NCBI RefSeq assembly: GCF_009914755.1
Contig: NC_060930.1
Direction: 5' to 3' (one strand)
DNA length: 64,000 bases
DNA from: the human T2T-CHM13v2.0 reference genome, Homo sapiens
Part shown: piece after piece, positions 44,963 through 60,254 of the stretch
How positions within the stretch are numbered: position 1 is the first letter of the stretch
Layout: each line of letters starts with the position of its first letter
Program-made: the position numbers and the translations under genes
The notes under the pieces: generated by a model
Database searches by the model: none
What the model was told of the DNA's origin: nothing
The model's input: only the letters and a program-made list of their open reading frames with translations

Positions 44963-46289
44963 AGTTTTCTGACCTTTTTTTCTGCCTCCTGTGCACTATC
45001 TTATTTATTTAAATTTGGATAGTGACACAACTGATCTGAAAATTGCATGAATATACTCCTTTCAGATAATAATATATCCATGAGAAGAAAAAACACAAAA
45101 TTTGAAAAAAATTGTATAACTTATACTTTGTCTTATTTAAGTATTTCTACTACATAGCAAGTAAAGTATTTGAGTTTGATTTCACTTTCTTAAACTGAAA
45201 GGAAAATGATTGTACACATTTGAATAATATATTATTGAAACCTTAATGGTATTAGGGACATATCAAAAAAGAAATATTTACAATTGTTACAATTGATGGA
45301 TAGTGTCTGACAAAAGTATTTATTTTTTGACATAAATGTAGTTTGGCTATTGATGAAGTTGTTAGGTAGCAATTTACTAATGTGTATAATATAATAACCA
45401 ATAGATACAAATTCCTATTTCATGGAGGATGGAAATAAAGACAAAATAAAGAACTATGATCACACTGGGAGACTGAAAACATAAGCATATAATTAGATTA
45501 ATTGAAATAGAGCTTTTTTGAGTTACATATTTCAGTTACAATCAAACCGATAGCTTAGTCCTTGAAGTTCTATAAAAGATGAATTAAATCTAATATATGC
45601 AATTGGTTGTATGCTCGAAAATTAGTTACTGAAATTCTCAAGCCCTTTCTATATTATTACAAAGGTTTTCTTCTGATAGCATATACTACTGGTTAATAAA
45701 AATTCACAGTAAATTCACTGAAAATATAACAATTTAAATTTTAACAATTTTGAAACATTCCACACTGGATTTGAATTTATTCTTTCCATTCCCTTTTCAT
45801 TACATGTTTTAAGAAACTTCTATGAATATTACCTTTTATAAAAATGAGATACTTAAATACATTACATATAAATAGAAATCATGTAGTTAAAAATAAAATT
45901 CTATTTTTGAGTATTGAATGAACAATGAGGAAACTACTGACTTCCTAGAATATTTTAGATATATTCAAAATAAAATTCTCTAAAGAGTGGTTGAAGAAAT
46001 AACTGAAATGTTAATTTCTTAAAACAGTCTTTACTCTTTTAGTGGTATTGCACTAACTCTATGACTCAGTGACAATAAAACTACTTTAAAGTATTTTTGC
46101 TAGAATCATTACAGAGTATTGGTTACAAAAGCTTCCCCAAACTTGTTCCTCCCTTTGGCCCATTCTCGTAATTGTTACTATTTTATCTTTTCTGTAGAGT
46201 CTTTCCTGGTAAGTCAAATATTTTCCTGTTTTTAACATTATATTTCTATTGCGAAATGAGTCCTGCTTGAGGTATTTCTATATTTTTGA

Positions 46290-46500
46290 ATTAGCAGTGT
46301 TTATTAAGTGCATATGCCAGTTCTCACCACTGTGTCAGACACTGAGTCAAGGCTGGACTATACACGAGTGAGCAAAATCAGATAAGGGAAGCTTACTATT
46401 GAAGAAGACAGAGAATAAGGTAATCACACAAAGAAACATAAAATAAAAATTCACAATAATTCCTACAAAGAAAAATTGTATAAAAATGTGAGGGACGTGT
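46290..46500 (-). mobile_element. L2 3'-end fragment
   Basis: gtgtttattaagtgcatatgccag...ctgtgtcagacactgag...gaagcttactatt. Confidence 0.45.
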
Positions 46501-47696
46501 CCTTTTCTAGGAAACAGAAGAATACAATTTATCATTTTATATTACCTTATGATGTTTCATTGTGTATTTTCATTTTATATTAGTATAGTTTGCCTTTCAA
46601 ATTGTGTGTCACCCAAATTGTGAAGAAACAATGTAATGTACTATTTTTTATTCATCCCTTTGAATCTAGGCACATAAAAGATGTGTCTGTAGCTTACTAC
46701 CTGCATGAAGACCAATATCATTTTTTGTGATAGAAATCTTATAATAATCCACTGTGATATAAAAAGTTTCTGGATGTGCATCTTTAAAAATCATAAAATG
46801 CATTTCTTTAGCAAAACAGCCTAATCAAATATCATTGATATCAGTATTCTTTTCTTTTCCTAATTCAATATTCAGTTTTCTTTTTTTAACTGTATGTTCT
46901 ACTTTAGTAAAAGACCAAGTTTTATTGGGTAAAATATAATTTATGATGTTATATAACGGTCCATTTTAAACCAAATGCAACCACGCTTTAACCTGGTAGA
47001 GAAAAACAATGGTAATTCATTATCCAATGATCATTGCAAAACATTTCTCTGAAGCAAAATCTGGAAACTTTCACCTCTCTTTTCCTAAAGCTGATTCAGC
47101 CACAAAGATGGCATCACAAGCTTGGCATTTGGTGTAATTTCATTTTCTGCTGTCACCATCTTGAAATTTTTAACATTTTTATCTTGGAATGTATGTTTTG
47201 CAAGTGAGGTCTGATAGGTCTGATAGGACAATGGAACATGCCAGTGAGCAGAGCTGCTTCCTTTGTAGACATCATGCCCAGTTTCTTATGAACACAGAAT
47301 TCTTATGGATCCACAACATGCAGGAGTTCAGGAAGACTCAGATCTACTACAAAGTCAGAGTGTTGCATGAACCATCGAGTAACTGTGATAAGGAAAGGGA
47401 GCACTGACATTCTCAAGAGGTCACAGTTTCCATTTGAGCAATACTTGCTTTAACTGTGGAAATAATGCAATGATGTTCTATCATGAATGAAAAACTCTCC
47501 ATATCCTTTATTTGTTTTACTCCTCTGTATTAACCAACCATCGATGCTCAAAGCCATGGTTCCTTTTCCTTATAGTCTTTCTTTAGCTTATCACTATGCT
47601 AAAGGTATAGAGGTTGGTAGCATGTGTACTATCGAGAAGTGAAATAAAAACAATTGTGTTAGTTTGTGCAGTATTTCCACCATTCTGATAAGGATT

Positions 47697-48116
47697 TGAT
47701 GTAATTTAGATATTTGTCCCCTCAAAACCTCATATTGAAATGTGATCTCCAATGTTGCAGATGGGGTCTGGGAAGTTGTTGGGTCATGAAAGGGCTGGAT
47801 GGGGCTGGATCCCTCATGAATGGCTTGATACCCTCCCTACAGTAATGAATGTGTTCTCACTCTAATAGTTAGCGTGTGTCTGACTGTTTAAAAGAGGCTG
47901 GTACATTTCTTGCTTCCTCTTTCCTTGTGTGACAGGTCTGTTCTTCCTTCACCTTGCTCCATAAGTAAAAGCTTCCAAAAGCTTTAACAGAAGTCAAGCA
48001 GATGTTGGTGCCATGCTTGTACAAGGTGCAGAACTGTGAGCCAAATAAACCTCTTTTCTTTATAAGTAACTCAGTCTCAGGTAGCTCTTTATGGCAGTGA
48101 AAAACAGACTAATGCA
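47697..48116 (+). mobile_element. MSTB-type MaLR solo LTR
   Basis: tgatgtaatttagatatttgtcccctcaaaacctcatattgaaatgtgat...gaactgtgagccaaataaacctc...acagactaatgca; 5-bp TSD ggatt/ggata. Confidence 0.85.
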
Positions 48117-48350
48117 GGATAAAATATGTGTTGTGGAATTTTGGTGATGCTACTTTCAAGTTAAAGGCCCTTATATTTGTATAGGAAATGGCATTGCACA
48201 ATAGAAAATGAACAGTTTAGTCTATGTTCATATTTGAAAATTTTAATTTTTCTTTATTTAAAACAACAATAGTGGCAATTTTAAAAATATCATGACAAGA
48301 TGAGAGAAAGGCCATGCAAAAAAGGAAAAAGGCTCAAATTTTAGTAATTT

Positions 48351-48635
<285 letters not shown>

Positions 48636-50170
48636 TAACAGTACTTTTTTCTTCCTGTTTGTACAAGAGTGTCCTTTTTTTCACTCTACTGAGCTGGACC
48701 TCTATAGCCTCAGACAATCAAATACTCTTTTTCATCATACAAGGTAGATGGGTTAGTCATGCAACAATCATTTCAGTCACATCTCAGTAAATTTATGATA
48801 ATCACTATTTTGTTTTTGAAAACTAAAACTATTCACTCACATTAAGAAATTAAAACCATGCTGTGATGCCATTTACTGGAGGAACTTGTAATATAGTAGT
48901 TTAAAATCTAAACAAGAGACAAAGGTGAAAACTAAGGACAATTGTCTGTGTATACCAACCAAGGAAGATAATTATTTTTATGAGTTAAACTGCAGGTTTT
49001 TCTTTAAAGACTAAAGTTTAGCAATAATGATCATGACCACATATAAAATAATTTCTATGGTGCTAGTATCAAAATGTTATTACCAGAAAGATCTGTTTAG
49101 GCATCTTAATCTCTAATCGTATCAGACAGATTGCATGTGTACTAAAGTATTCAAATTTATTTTCTCTATATCCCAGTTGTACCTATTGTTCTTTGCTAGG
49201 TAATTCCATTCAGAACCATTACTTTTCTATACAACAGAAGCACCTAGAATAAAAACCTTGATTGCTTTCCTGAATAATATTAAAAAATTTCTATTTACCA
49301 CAGAATTCTGTAAGGACCTTAAAACAATACCGACATTCCTTCAAATTCTCAGAAATTCTAAAATGTAATTTACATAAATGTTAGGGTCCTAGAATAACCC
49401 TATTAGGGTTCCTTCATCCATTTTGTAGGGGCAGGGGAAATATAAACAATACTATTATTAGGAAAATAAGTGAATAGGAAATAATGTTTTTAAACTCTTA
49501 TTTTATGTTAATAGTTGTTACACACATTAGGCTAAGGTGTTAATAATAAAAAAATATAAGAAACTCTTAGAACTCATTAGCAAAAAATCAAACCAATCAA
49601 AAATCTGGTGGGGGGTGTATTTCTAGGGAGAGGTAACTAAATGGTAATTGCTAATAAAACTTACTGATTTCTTTTCCTAGTCTTAGGAACTTTCTTCAAG
49701 CATTTAAAGTATGAAGAGAAAGTATTCTTTCTCCTCCTCATCAGAACCCCTAGCACAATCTACATAATCACAATAAATTTACATAAAATACAGTTATGAG
49801 CAGTTCTAATACATTTCCTAAATCTTGAAATACTTTATTCTATTGTTTCTACTATATTTTCAAATTATAAAAAAAATATGAGAATGAATTATCTTTGTTT
49901 TATACTTCAGTATTAGGTCATGGAATCTACATAATGGTTAAATGATTATTAGTTTCTTGTATTTCAAACACTCATTAAAAGCTTATATATTCTATTCACC
50001 TTGGAGAACAGGTGATCTATAGAAGCAGAGCAAAATAGTTTCTGTGTCCATAACTTTTAATGCTAATCTTTATTTTAGTTTACTTTGGTACCTAAGCAAA
50101 CCTATATTCTAGCATAATTAAGCAGAGGAGAGACCATAGAGCACCTACACCACAGAACAAAGTAAGGTGA

Positions 50171-50592
<422 letters not shown>

Positions 50593-52110
50593 ATGAATGT
50601 TCTTAATGACATCTAGCATGATGAATCCTTTTCAGAAGGTTTTTGATTGACTTTGTCTAGATCTACCAGAGAAATCACTGCCTATGACAGCTGCAGCCTT
50701 ATGAAATGTATTTCTTAAATAATAATACTTGAAAGTCAAAATTACTCCTTGATCCATGGGCTTCAGAAGGGAAGTTACGTTAGCAGGCATGAGAACATTA
50801 ATATTCTTGTACATCTCCATCAGAGCTCTTGGGTGACCAGGCCCCTCGTCAATAATATTTTTAATTTTTTTTCTGCTCAGTAAGTCTGAAAAACGGACTT
50901 AACATATTCAGTAAGCAAACTGTAAACAAATGTGCTGTCATCCACGCTTTGTTCCATTCACAGAGCACAAGCAAAGTAGATTTAACATAATTCTTAAGGG
51001 CCTTACGATTTTTGGAATGGTAAATTAGCATTGGCTTCAACTAAAAGTCACTAGCTGCATCAGCCCCTAGCAAGAGGCAACTTGTCCTTTGAAGCTTTGA
51101 AGCCAGGCACTGAATTCTCTCTATCTGTGAATGTCCTAGGTGGCATCTTCTAAGAAAAAGGCTATTTTATCTACATTGCAAATCTGTTATTTGGTTAATC
51201 AATTATGTTAGCTAGATCTTCTAGATAACTTTCTGCAACTTCTACATCAGCACTTGCTCCTTCACCTTGTACTTTTATGTTATGGAAATGGCTTTTTTAA
51301 AAAATTAAACATTATGAAGCAACCACTGCTGGCTTCAGATTTTTCTTCTGCAGCTTCCTCACCTCTTTCAGCCTTCACAGAATTGAAGACAGAGAGTCAG
51401 GGTCTTGCTCTGGATTAGAGTTTTGGCTAAAGAGAATGTCATACCTGGTTTGATCTTCTATCCAGATCACTAAAACTTTCTTCCTAGGAGCAATGAGGCT
51501 GCTTCTGTTTCTTACTATTTACACGTTCACTGGAGAACCACTTTTAATTTTCTTCAAATATTTTTTTTTATTTGCATTCAAAACCTGGCTATTTGGTGCA
51601 AGAGGCCCAGATTTCAGCCTGTCTTGACTTTCCATATGCCTTCTTCAATAGGCTTAGTCATTTCTAGCTTTTGAGTTAAAGTGAGACACATGTAACTCTT
51701 TCTTTCACCTAAAAACTTAGATATCAATATAGGGTTATTAATTGGCTTAATTTTAATATTTTTATGTCTCACCAAATAGAGAGATTTGAGGAGAGGAGAG
51801 AGCTAAAGAAGAGCGAGTTTGTGGAGTAGTCAGAACACACATTTACTGATTGTTTGCCATCTTATATGGGTGTGGCTTATGGCCCACTCAAAACAATTAC
51901 AATAGTAGCATCAAAGATCACTAATCATAGATCACTGTAACAGATTTAATGACAATGAACAAATTTAAAATATAGTGAAAATTACCAAAAAGTGACCCAG
52001 AAACACAAAATGAGCACCTACTGTGGCAAAAATGGTGTCAATAAAATTGGTCAAAACAGGGTTACTAAATACTTCGCTATCTTGAAGTGTAATATGATGA
52101 AGTTTGACTG
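50593..52110 (-). mobile_element. Tigger1, 5' ~1.5 kb (3' part missing)
   Basis: Transposase fragment [32 protein letters not shown]; 5' TIR end ...ctg + TA at 52110-52112. Confidence 0.9.
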
Positions 52111-52112
52111 TA

Positions 52113-52335
52113 CTTAAAACTGATCGAGAGAGTAGAATTTATGTTAAATGTTCTTCACATACACACAAGTAATAATAAAGGAGGCAGTAGAAAAATTTGG
52201 GAAGTGATGGATGTGGTTATGTCCCTGATGGTAGTGATGGGTTCACAGGTGCATACTTATTCTCAAGCTTATTGAGTTGTAAACATTAAGTATGTACAAC
52301 TGTTTACATGTCAATCATATTTAAATAAGACAATT
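52113..52335 (+). mobile_element. L1MB1/2-type 3'UTR end
   Basis: gaagtgatggatgtggttatg...gtagtgatgggttcacaggtgcatactta...catgtcaatcatat. Confidence 0.7.
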
Positions 52336-54979
52336 TTAACAACAAGAAAGAAATACTCCCCTGAGAATTTCAGGACCTCAGAGGGAATGGCTCCATGATG
52401 CACACAGGGAGCTTAATCGTGTCATTCATTCAGTTTTTCAGTTTTGTCAAAGCTTCTCACATTACGAGGCAAGTATGAAAGCCACAAAATCACCGGTGAT
52501 AAAGGAATTAGGTTAACTGCAAATAAGAAAATTTAGTAGTGAATACGGAAGACTTAAGATTAAAGGATTTAGTCTCTTTCCTCCCATACTGTGCTATCTG
52601 CTAAGATTTACTTCTTTGTCTGAGGACAGAGTAGACATCTAAAAATGACCTCATTTGAATTATCTTCTAGTGAAATGAGATGGAAACCGAGGTGACATTC
52701 AAGCAGAAACAAAATGAACAAATGTGATAAACCTAAGTTTACAGCATAAGACTAATATCTGCTATAAAATTACATTTTAAAGATTTACTTATTTTATAGA
52801 AATAAGTCTATAATTTTTTTGAACCTTACTGGTAGTGCCTACAGAACCATGGGGTGATTTCATAAATATGACATGTGTAGGTGACAAAAGACAAAAGGCA
52901 CCAGGCCCAATCTAAAATGCCTTTTAATTTCACATCTGGCCAAACCACATAATTGCTACAATTATGTAAATGAAAGTCTATATTTGGCAAACTTCCATAT
53001 AAATTTTATTGGTTATAGAAATAGTAAATAATGATTTACTGTCAATTTTCAATTTTTTTTCTAATGGTAAAGAGCATTCTTAACTATTGATATTTTTGAA
53101 AGTTATCTTCACAGAATGGTCCATGAAAAGCAGTTCTGATTGCTTTTCAAAGTATCTGCAGTTATTTTACAGTAAAAGACATTTTTCATCTCATGAGATC
53201 AAACAGCATGGAAATAACTTAGGATATTTGTGAAAAGTAAGAGTGTTATAAATTCATTGATTTAAATATCCAAAGTTCTGGAGAAGTTACTTGATTTTTT
53301 TGTTTATTTTATTGGAAATACTATCACATTACATAAGGGTTAGAATATTTAGAATTGTTACAAAAAGTGTCAGAAAATAATTGATAATCTTAACTTAAAA
53401 GGAACAAAGCACAATACCAAATTAATAAGGGGGAAATGATACCAAAGTACTGCTCTTCTGTAGATGAAATATAAGTGGCTATCAAACTTTAGTGATTGTT
53501 ACATTACTCTAAAATAGAGAATACTATCATATCATTTTCTATTTCTAGAATAATTCTATAATGCATAGATGACTCTTTGTAAAATTTGGTATACATTCTC
53601 TACATTCATGTCTTTACATGACATTAAAATATTGATGAAATATGTGGCTTAATTGGCAATCTTGGCCTAAATTAAGCTATTACGAAGAATCTTATGTTTC
53701 TAATATTTAAAAAAAGCATATTTTGCCATTCAATGAGCTTTAGAAACAACACAGTTTTTAAGCAAATCACCTAGTAGCATTATTGAATCAATTCTAGTTG
53801 GTAAAGAAATCAGAAAATGGGTCGTAAACCACTGGGGCTCCACACCACTAATCTATAAATTCAATTTTCCAGTTAAAAGAGACTTAAATCCCAAGTTGGG
53901 TAAGACTTGGAGTGAGAAACAGATGCTGCTTGTTTTGTGCTTCTAAGCCAATACGGAATCTCTGGAGGCTGTATTCAAGAGACCCAATCAAGGCATCTTA
54001 TCACCTGCCCAATATTGGGTTATTCTAGACATTTTCTAAGACTCCTCTCACATGTTCCTAGCCAATATAGTAACTATAGTACAGTTTCAATGTCTATACG
54101 CAACCAGTATCAGAATTTACGGAAGTAGACTAAAAGTTAAACAATCTGGCATTTATATTAACAAAATTAGTTATTAAAACTTTAATTTAGTAAAACTTGA
54201 ACTAAAAACATGTATGTGTACCAAAATGCATGCACATTATATATGCAGATTAAAAGTAATGCTAGTTTTAGAGTGTATACACTGAAAAAACAGTTCCCTT
54301 TTAAGAAGAAATAAAATATGATTGAGAAATTTTTATCTCAGGTACATTTATTTTAAATTTAAAAAGTAGAGAAAAAATCACTTTAATTATGCGAATTGCT
54401 AAAAAAATAATATTTGACAAAAATTGCACACTAAAAGCTCTTAAACATTATTTCCAGATATACTGGAAAGATTTTTCTTCTCAGTATTGCCAAATTATTT
54501 GAAATAGATGTTTGTTATTAAAAACTCTGGAACAGTTATGAAAAAATTTCTATGTATATTTTCTTACTTCTCTAAAACTCTCATAAGCAGCATGAGGGGA
54601 AACAGTGTGTCATGCACCCTACAGCCCTCGTTTGTCCTAATGGGAAGACAGAGTGCGCTCATCATATTTGATAACATTTTCACACAATTTCAAAAAGAAA
54701 ACTGTTTCATTTTTTTCTTTGAAACATTTCTAAAAATACTTCAATTTAGTTTTCCTAAAAAATTCTGAAAAAACTCTCTAAGCATCACAATGACTGTTCT
54801 GAGATATGTATAATAAAAATACATGTTATTAATAAGATGTTAAGAAAACCAGGATTTTAAAAGTCAGTACATAAATGTCAATATACAAAATGGCAGTCAT
54901 TTATGGGCTTAGTAGGTGAATAGTGAATTAAAATGTGCAAAATAAAAAATGCAGTTTATTTTGTTAATGAATATTTAAC

Positions 54980-55144
54980 TATTTTATTAAAGTGAAATTT
55001 ATATAACAAAATTTAGCCATTTTGAGTTGTAAAATTCAGTGGCATTTAGTATATCATAATATTGTATAACCATCACCTCTATCAAGGTTCCAAAATATTT
55101 TCATAACCTTCCAAAAATAGACTTTACTCATTAAACAGTTACTT
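54980..55144 (-). mobile_element. L1MB-type 3' end
   Basis: gtgaaatttatataacaaaatttagccatttt...aattcagtggcatttagta...caaaatattttcat. Confidence 0.7.
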
Positions 55145-55291
55145 AAGCGACAATATTTTAAAACTTGTTAGCCACTGTAATCCAGAAAAATGGTACCACT
55201 ATGTATAAAAATAAGCAGTTACTTAAGCAATAATATTTTAAAACTTATTAGCCACTGTAATCCAGAAAAATGGTACCCCTATGTCCAAAAA
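55132..55291 (+). repeat. 80-bp tandem duplication (2 copies, about 7 differences)
   Basis: cagttacttaagc...gccactgtaatccagaaaaatggtacc repeated with period 80. Confidence 0.92.
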
Positions 55292-55604
55292 TCCAGAAGG
55301 GGAAAATTTCTTATGGTTTTTGAAATCTTATAAAGGTTCTCCATTGGCAAGCATTATAGCTTTTGTTTTGTTTTGTTTATCTGGAATAAAATTTGAAAGC
55401 AGCTCTAAGTGTAGAGAAGAATCAAATCTGATTCCCTTGAATAAAGTAGAGGGATATATGTTATACATTTGATCTCATTCCATTTCATTGCAAGCATCAC
55501 ACATATCCTTAGGAAGTCCTTGAGTAGTAGCCTCCAAAGGCTAGAGTGTACCTTAGGGAATGCAGAACAGGCACTGCTGGAATATAAGAAGAAAACATTG
55601 AAAG

Positions 55605-55787
55605 TTTTATTTCTCATACTTTAAATTTTTTATTTGAAGTATTGCTGTGGTTTGACTAGCAATACCCCAAATAAAAATTTAGAAGTATGAGAAATAAAAG
55701 TTGAATATTGTTACAAGGGCAGTTAAATTTCAGCATGAGTTTCAACCAAAACTCGTGTTGAAATTTAATTGCCCTTGTAACAATATT
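55605..55787. repeat. Two adjacent inverted repeats (42-bp arms 55605-55646/55658-55699; 39-bp arms 55704-55742/55749-55787)
   Basis: Arms checked by reverse complement. Confidence 0.92.
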
Positions 55788-56094
55788 AAGAGGTGGGACT
55801 ATTAAGCGATGTTTAGGCCATAAGGGTTCCATCCTCATAAGTGGATTAATTAATACTATTGTCAAGGTTCATTATCTCAAGAATGAGTTCCTTATGAAAA
55901 GAAGAGTTTGTCACCCCTACTTTGCCTTCTCTTTGCCCTTCACCATGAGATAATGTAGCAGGAAGACCCTTGCCAGATGCTAGCCCCTTGATATTGGACT
56001 TCCTAGCCTCCAGAACCATGAGCCAATACATATATGTTCATTAAAAAAATAACGCATCTGTGGTAGTCGGTTACAGCGTCATAAATAGACTAAG
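55643..56094 (+). mobile_element. MSTC/MSTD-type MaLR LTR with an inverted insertion near its 5' end
   Basis: tgctgtggtttga...ccaaaactcgtgttgaaatttaattgcc...aagaggtggga...cctagcctccagaaccatgagccaata...atagactaag. Confidence 0.82.
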
Positions 56095-56951
56095 GTTTGA
56101 TTTTTAAACATTTACAATATAACACTACAGTAACACATTTATGTGTTTTTTAAACCAAAACAAGTCATAGGAGAACATGAATAAAGAATTTAGGAATCAC
56201 TGGATGTCTAGTATCCATCATGTTGTTTCATGTTGATACCTCTTAAGCATTTTGAATTGGCTCCACCACAAGGTCTATTTTTAGCAATTTCCATACAGAC
56301 TGTATATAGGCTGATGTGCTTTTGTGGAGGATAAAGCAACTTTGTCAGTTCATCCATCACTAATAATCCTGATACTCAAAATCCTCCTGTAGGTTGTCCA
56401 ATGCCCTTTGGCATAGTCATAAATATACATGCAATTTTATGATTATAAGAATTTGGAAAACTTAATCATTTCAATTTGCTATGGCTGATTAATTCTGCTA
56501 TGGTCTATGGTACTGGAAACAGAAGAGTACTCAGATTTCTGGCTGCTAAGAGCTTTCCTGCCTGGAGCTGTCTTCCTCAAAGCAACAGCTTGGGGAATAC
56601 AAATTTTCTACCACTACAACCACTCTGCAGGCCACCCATCTGTAACTATTCTCTGGGTAGAACAACAGTTAGAGTAACATACTTTTAGGTTAGTTTTTGT
56701 GAGTGTAAACTTATAACTGGATGATGAAAAGCAAGTAAAACTACTTTGTAATTTTTGGTAAGGATCAATGGGTTATATCATCTAGGTCCAGAGTAATTTT
56801 TAACTACCGTTAATTTCCAGAGAAGGCTTTCCCATAGTCATTCCATTAGTCCAATGCTTATTTGAAATCTTTTCTCTTCTCTGCATTTTTCTTTCTGGTA
56901 ACCCTTATGTTGGCGTCATTTTTGACCTTGTAGTTCTGTAATCCCAGAATC

Positions 56952-57257
<306 letters not shown>

Positions 57258-57873
57258 CTAGAATCACTTAATAGCGCCTTCATTTCTCTCTCTGATCTGT
57301 TTGAGCCATTAGTGTACCTAGGGGAAAGACATAGCACATTCAGGGATTTACATTGAAAATTCTGGTTCTTTATACTTGTGCTTTAGGGTTTGTGCACAGA
57401 ATTAGAATGACCTTCTTTATCTTTTACAAAGTCTCTCAAAAAAGGAATACATGATTGGGAGTGGGATAATTGCATTTGTCACTTAAATTAAAATTCTGTT
57501 TTTATGTCTGCTGATGAACATACACTTTGTCAGTTGTTGGTTACTTCTCTTTGATGTTTTTCACATATTTATTTCCAATATCTGTCATTTATACCAACCA
57601 AGGTAGTCCCAAATAAATGTCATCAAGAATACAGTACTGCTAAGAGTGTGGAGAACATAGATTTCTACAAACTAACTATTGGATTAGCAGTGAAATTGTA
57701 CTGTGTGATACCTACAAAGCCAAGAACATTATTCAGGGTAACTTTTGTTCTTGTGCTACATATTTAAAGACATGTGATTCACCAGGAAATACAATAAATG
57801 TAATAATAAACACACATCAACACATTTCAAATATGCTGGCATTCCAGCTACTCTAAGTAGGAAAGTTATAGAG

Positions 57874-58059
57874 CAGCGCTCCCCAACATTTTTTGGCACC
57901 AGCGACCAGCTTCATGGAATACAATTTTTCCACAGACACGGTGAGGAGGAACGGTTTCATTACACCTCAGATTGGGCATTAGATTCTCATAAGGAGCTGC
58001 AACCTGCATCTCTTGCGTGCACAGTTCACAATAGGGTTTGCACTCCTGTGAGAATCTAA
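57874..58059 (-). mobile_element. MER1B, partial (non-autonomous Charlie3 derivative)
   Basis: cagcgctccccaacattttttggcaccagcgacc...gcattagattctcataaggagc...cacagttcacaatagggtttg; other end absent. Confidence 0.85.
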
Positions 58060-58121
58060 GGCATTAGCATTAATTGGCATTTATAGCTCAGTATCATCTA
58101 CATTCCAAACACTTAACCTAA

Positions 58122-58701
<580 letters not shown>

Positions 58702-60254
58702 TAGAAAATTGTAATTTCATAATTTAAAAAATATGGTATACAAGAGATTTTATGGGCAAGTATATTAAACCCTAGTTCTTATCAAAATGAAAATGAGATA
58801 TACAATTACATTAATAAAAATTGTAACAGACTATTGATGTAGATTATACCTTTTGTACACCATTTGATCACCTAGCTCTATGCTTTCTATAAAATCTGAT
58901 TTATTTAAGACCTTGTTACAACACTCAGAATTTTTTAAAAGCCTATGCCTTCTAATATCAAAGAACATGGACTTTAGAACTACTTAGATTGTTTTGTTGA
59001 GTCAGATTAGGGCCCACTTGTTTAAGGCATAGCTAAGCAAGAAATGGTTAATTACTTACATTTGAAAATTTATCACATGTCAAATACTGCAAAGTATAGG
59101 TCACATACTTGGGTTCTTAGTATTCATAAAACCATATGAACTTCTTCTGCTGCTTCTACAGGTTGAATAATTCAACGACTATTCTAAAAAAAAACATTTT
59201 AGCAAGTCTTGCTAAATTAGAAAATAGAAATCTTTAAAACAGACTGCAGAAATTTGATTCTGTTGAACAGATACCATCAAAAACTAAAGCAGATTTGAAC
59301 AACTTGGACTAGAAACTATGAACAGGAATCGATAGCCCAGGTTGTCTACTCTGGAGTCCACAGTCACAATCACTGTGCCATTGTGTCTTTTTTTCATACA
59401 TATTTTGATTTTTAATATTTGAGTAACTGCTGGCATTTAGGAAGTTAGAGGCTAGTACGTAATATATAATAGCAAATATTTTAATATTGCTAATAATAGA
59501 ATGCCTTATAGTAATTCATTACTTATATCTTTTAATATTATTAGAAGTATTATAATTTCTAATAGATTATTAGAGTTGTGTTTCATTACAAAATTTTATT
59601 TTGTCATTTGGGATTAATTTGACTACAGAATATAAGCAATTCATCTTTGCTTGGTTTATTTTGGAAAACTCCACTTTTTGTGAACATAATATCTCTTACA
59701 AAAAGGTTCCAAAGTAATTTAATACTTTATTATCTAGTTATTTTTAAAGCTATATTTTGGGAATATTTTGCTGAAAGCTAAAATTATAATAAAATAGAGA
59801 GCAAAAGAAGTACTTTAGGTCAGCTTCTCTGTTACCCAGGTGTCAAATGATAAATTCCTAGATTCTTCTATTGGACATAGATCTAAGGAGTAATAGGATT
59901 AGTTAGACTGAGAATAAAGAATAAATGAAAAAAGATAAAACCATGGCTTTGAGTTTAGAGCACTGAGAGTAGTAATTTTACAGCAAATAAGAGGAAAAGT
60001 AAAAAAAAAAAAAGCTTTCTTTTTCTGAAATATTACAGAGAAGCTAAATGGTAAATAATTTTTTTTTACTATAATATGTCATCCGAAGAAAACTACTTTA
60101 GAAAAAAAAGAAAAGATAAGAGCTAAGGTTATACATTTGAATGTGATCTGCATAAAGCTGGATGGATCAGCTTAAAATTACAATTTTAAATAAGGCATAG
60201 CAGCATAAGAAGAATTTCTAGGTTATTTAAATTTACATTTTAGGGTTCTTTTCT

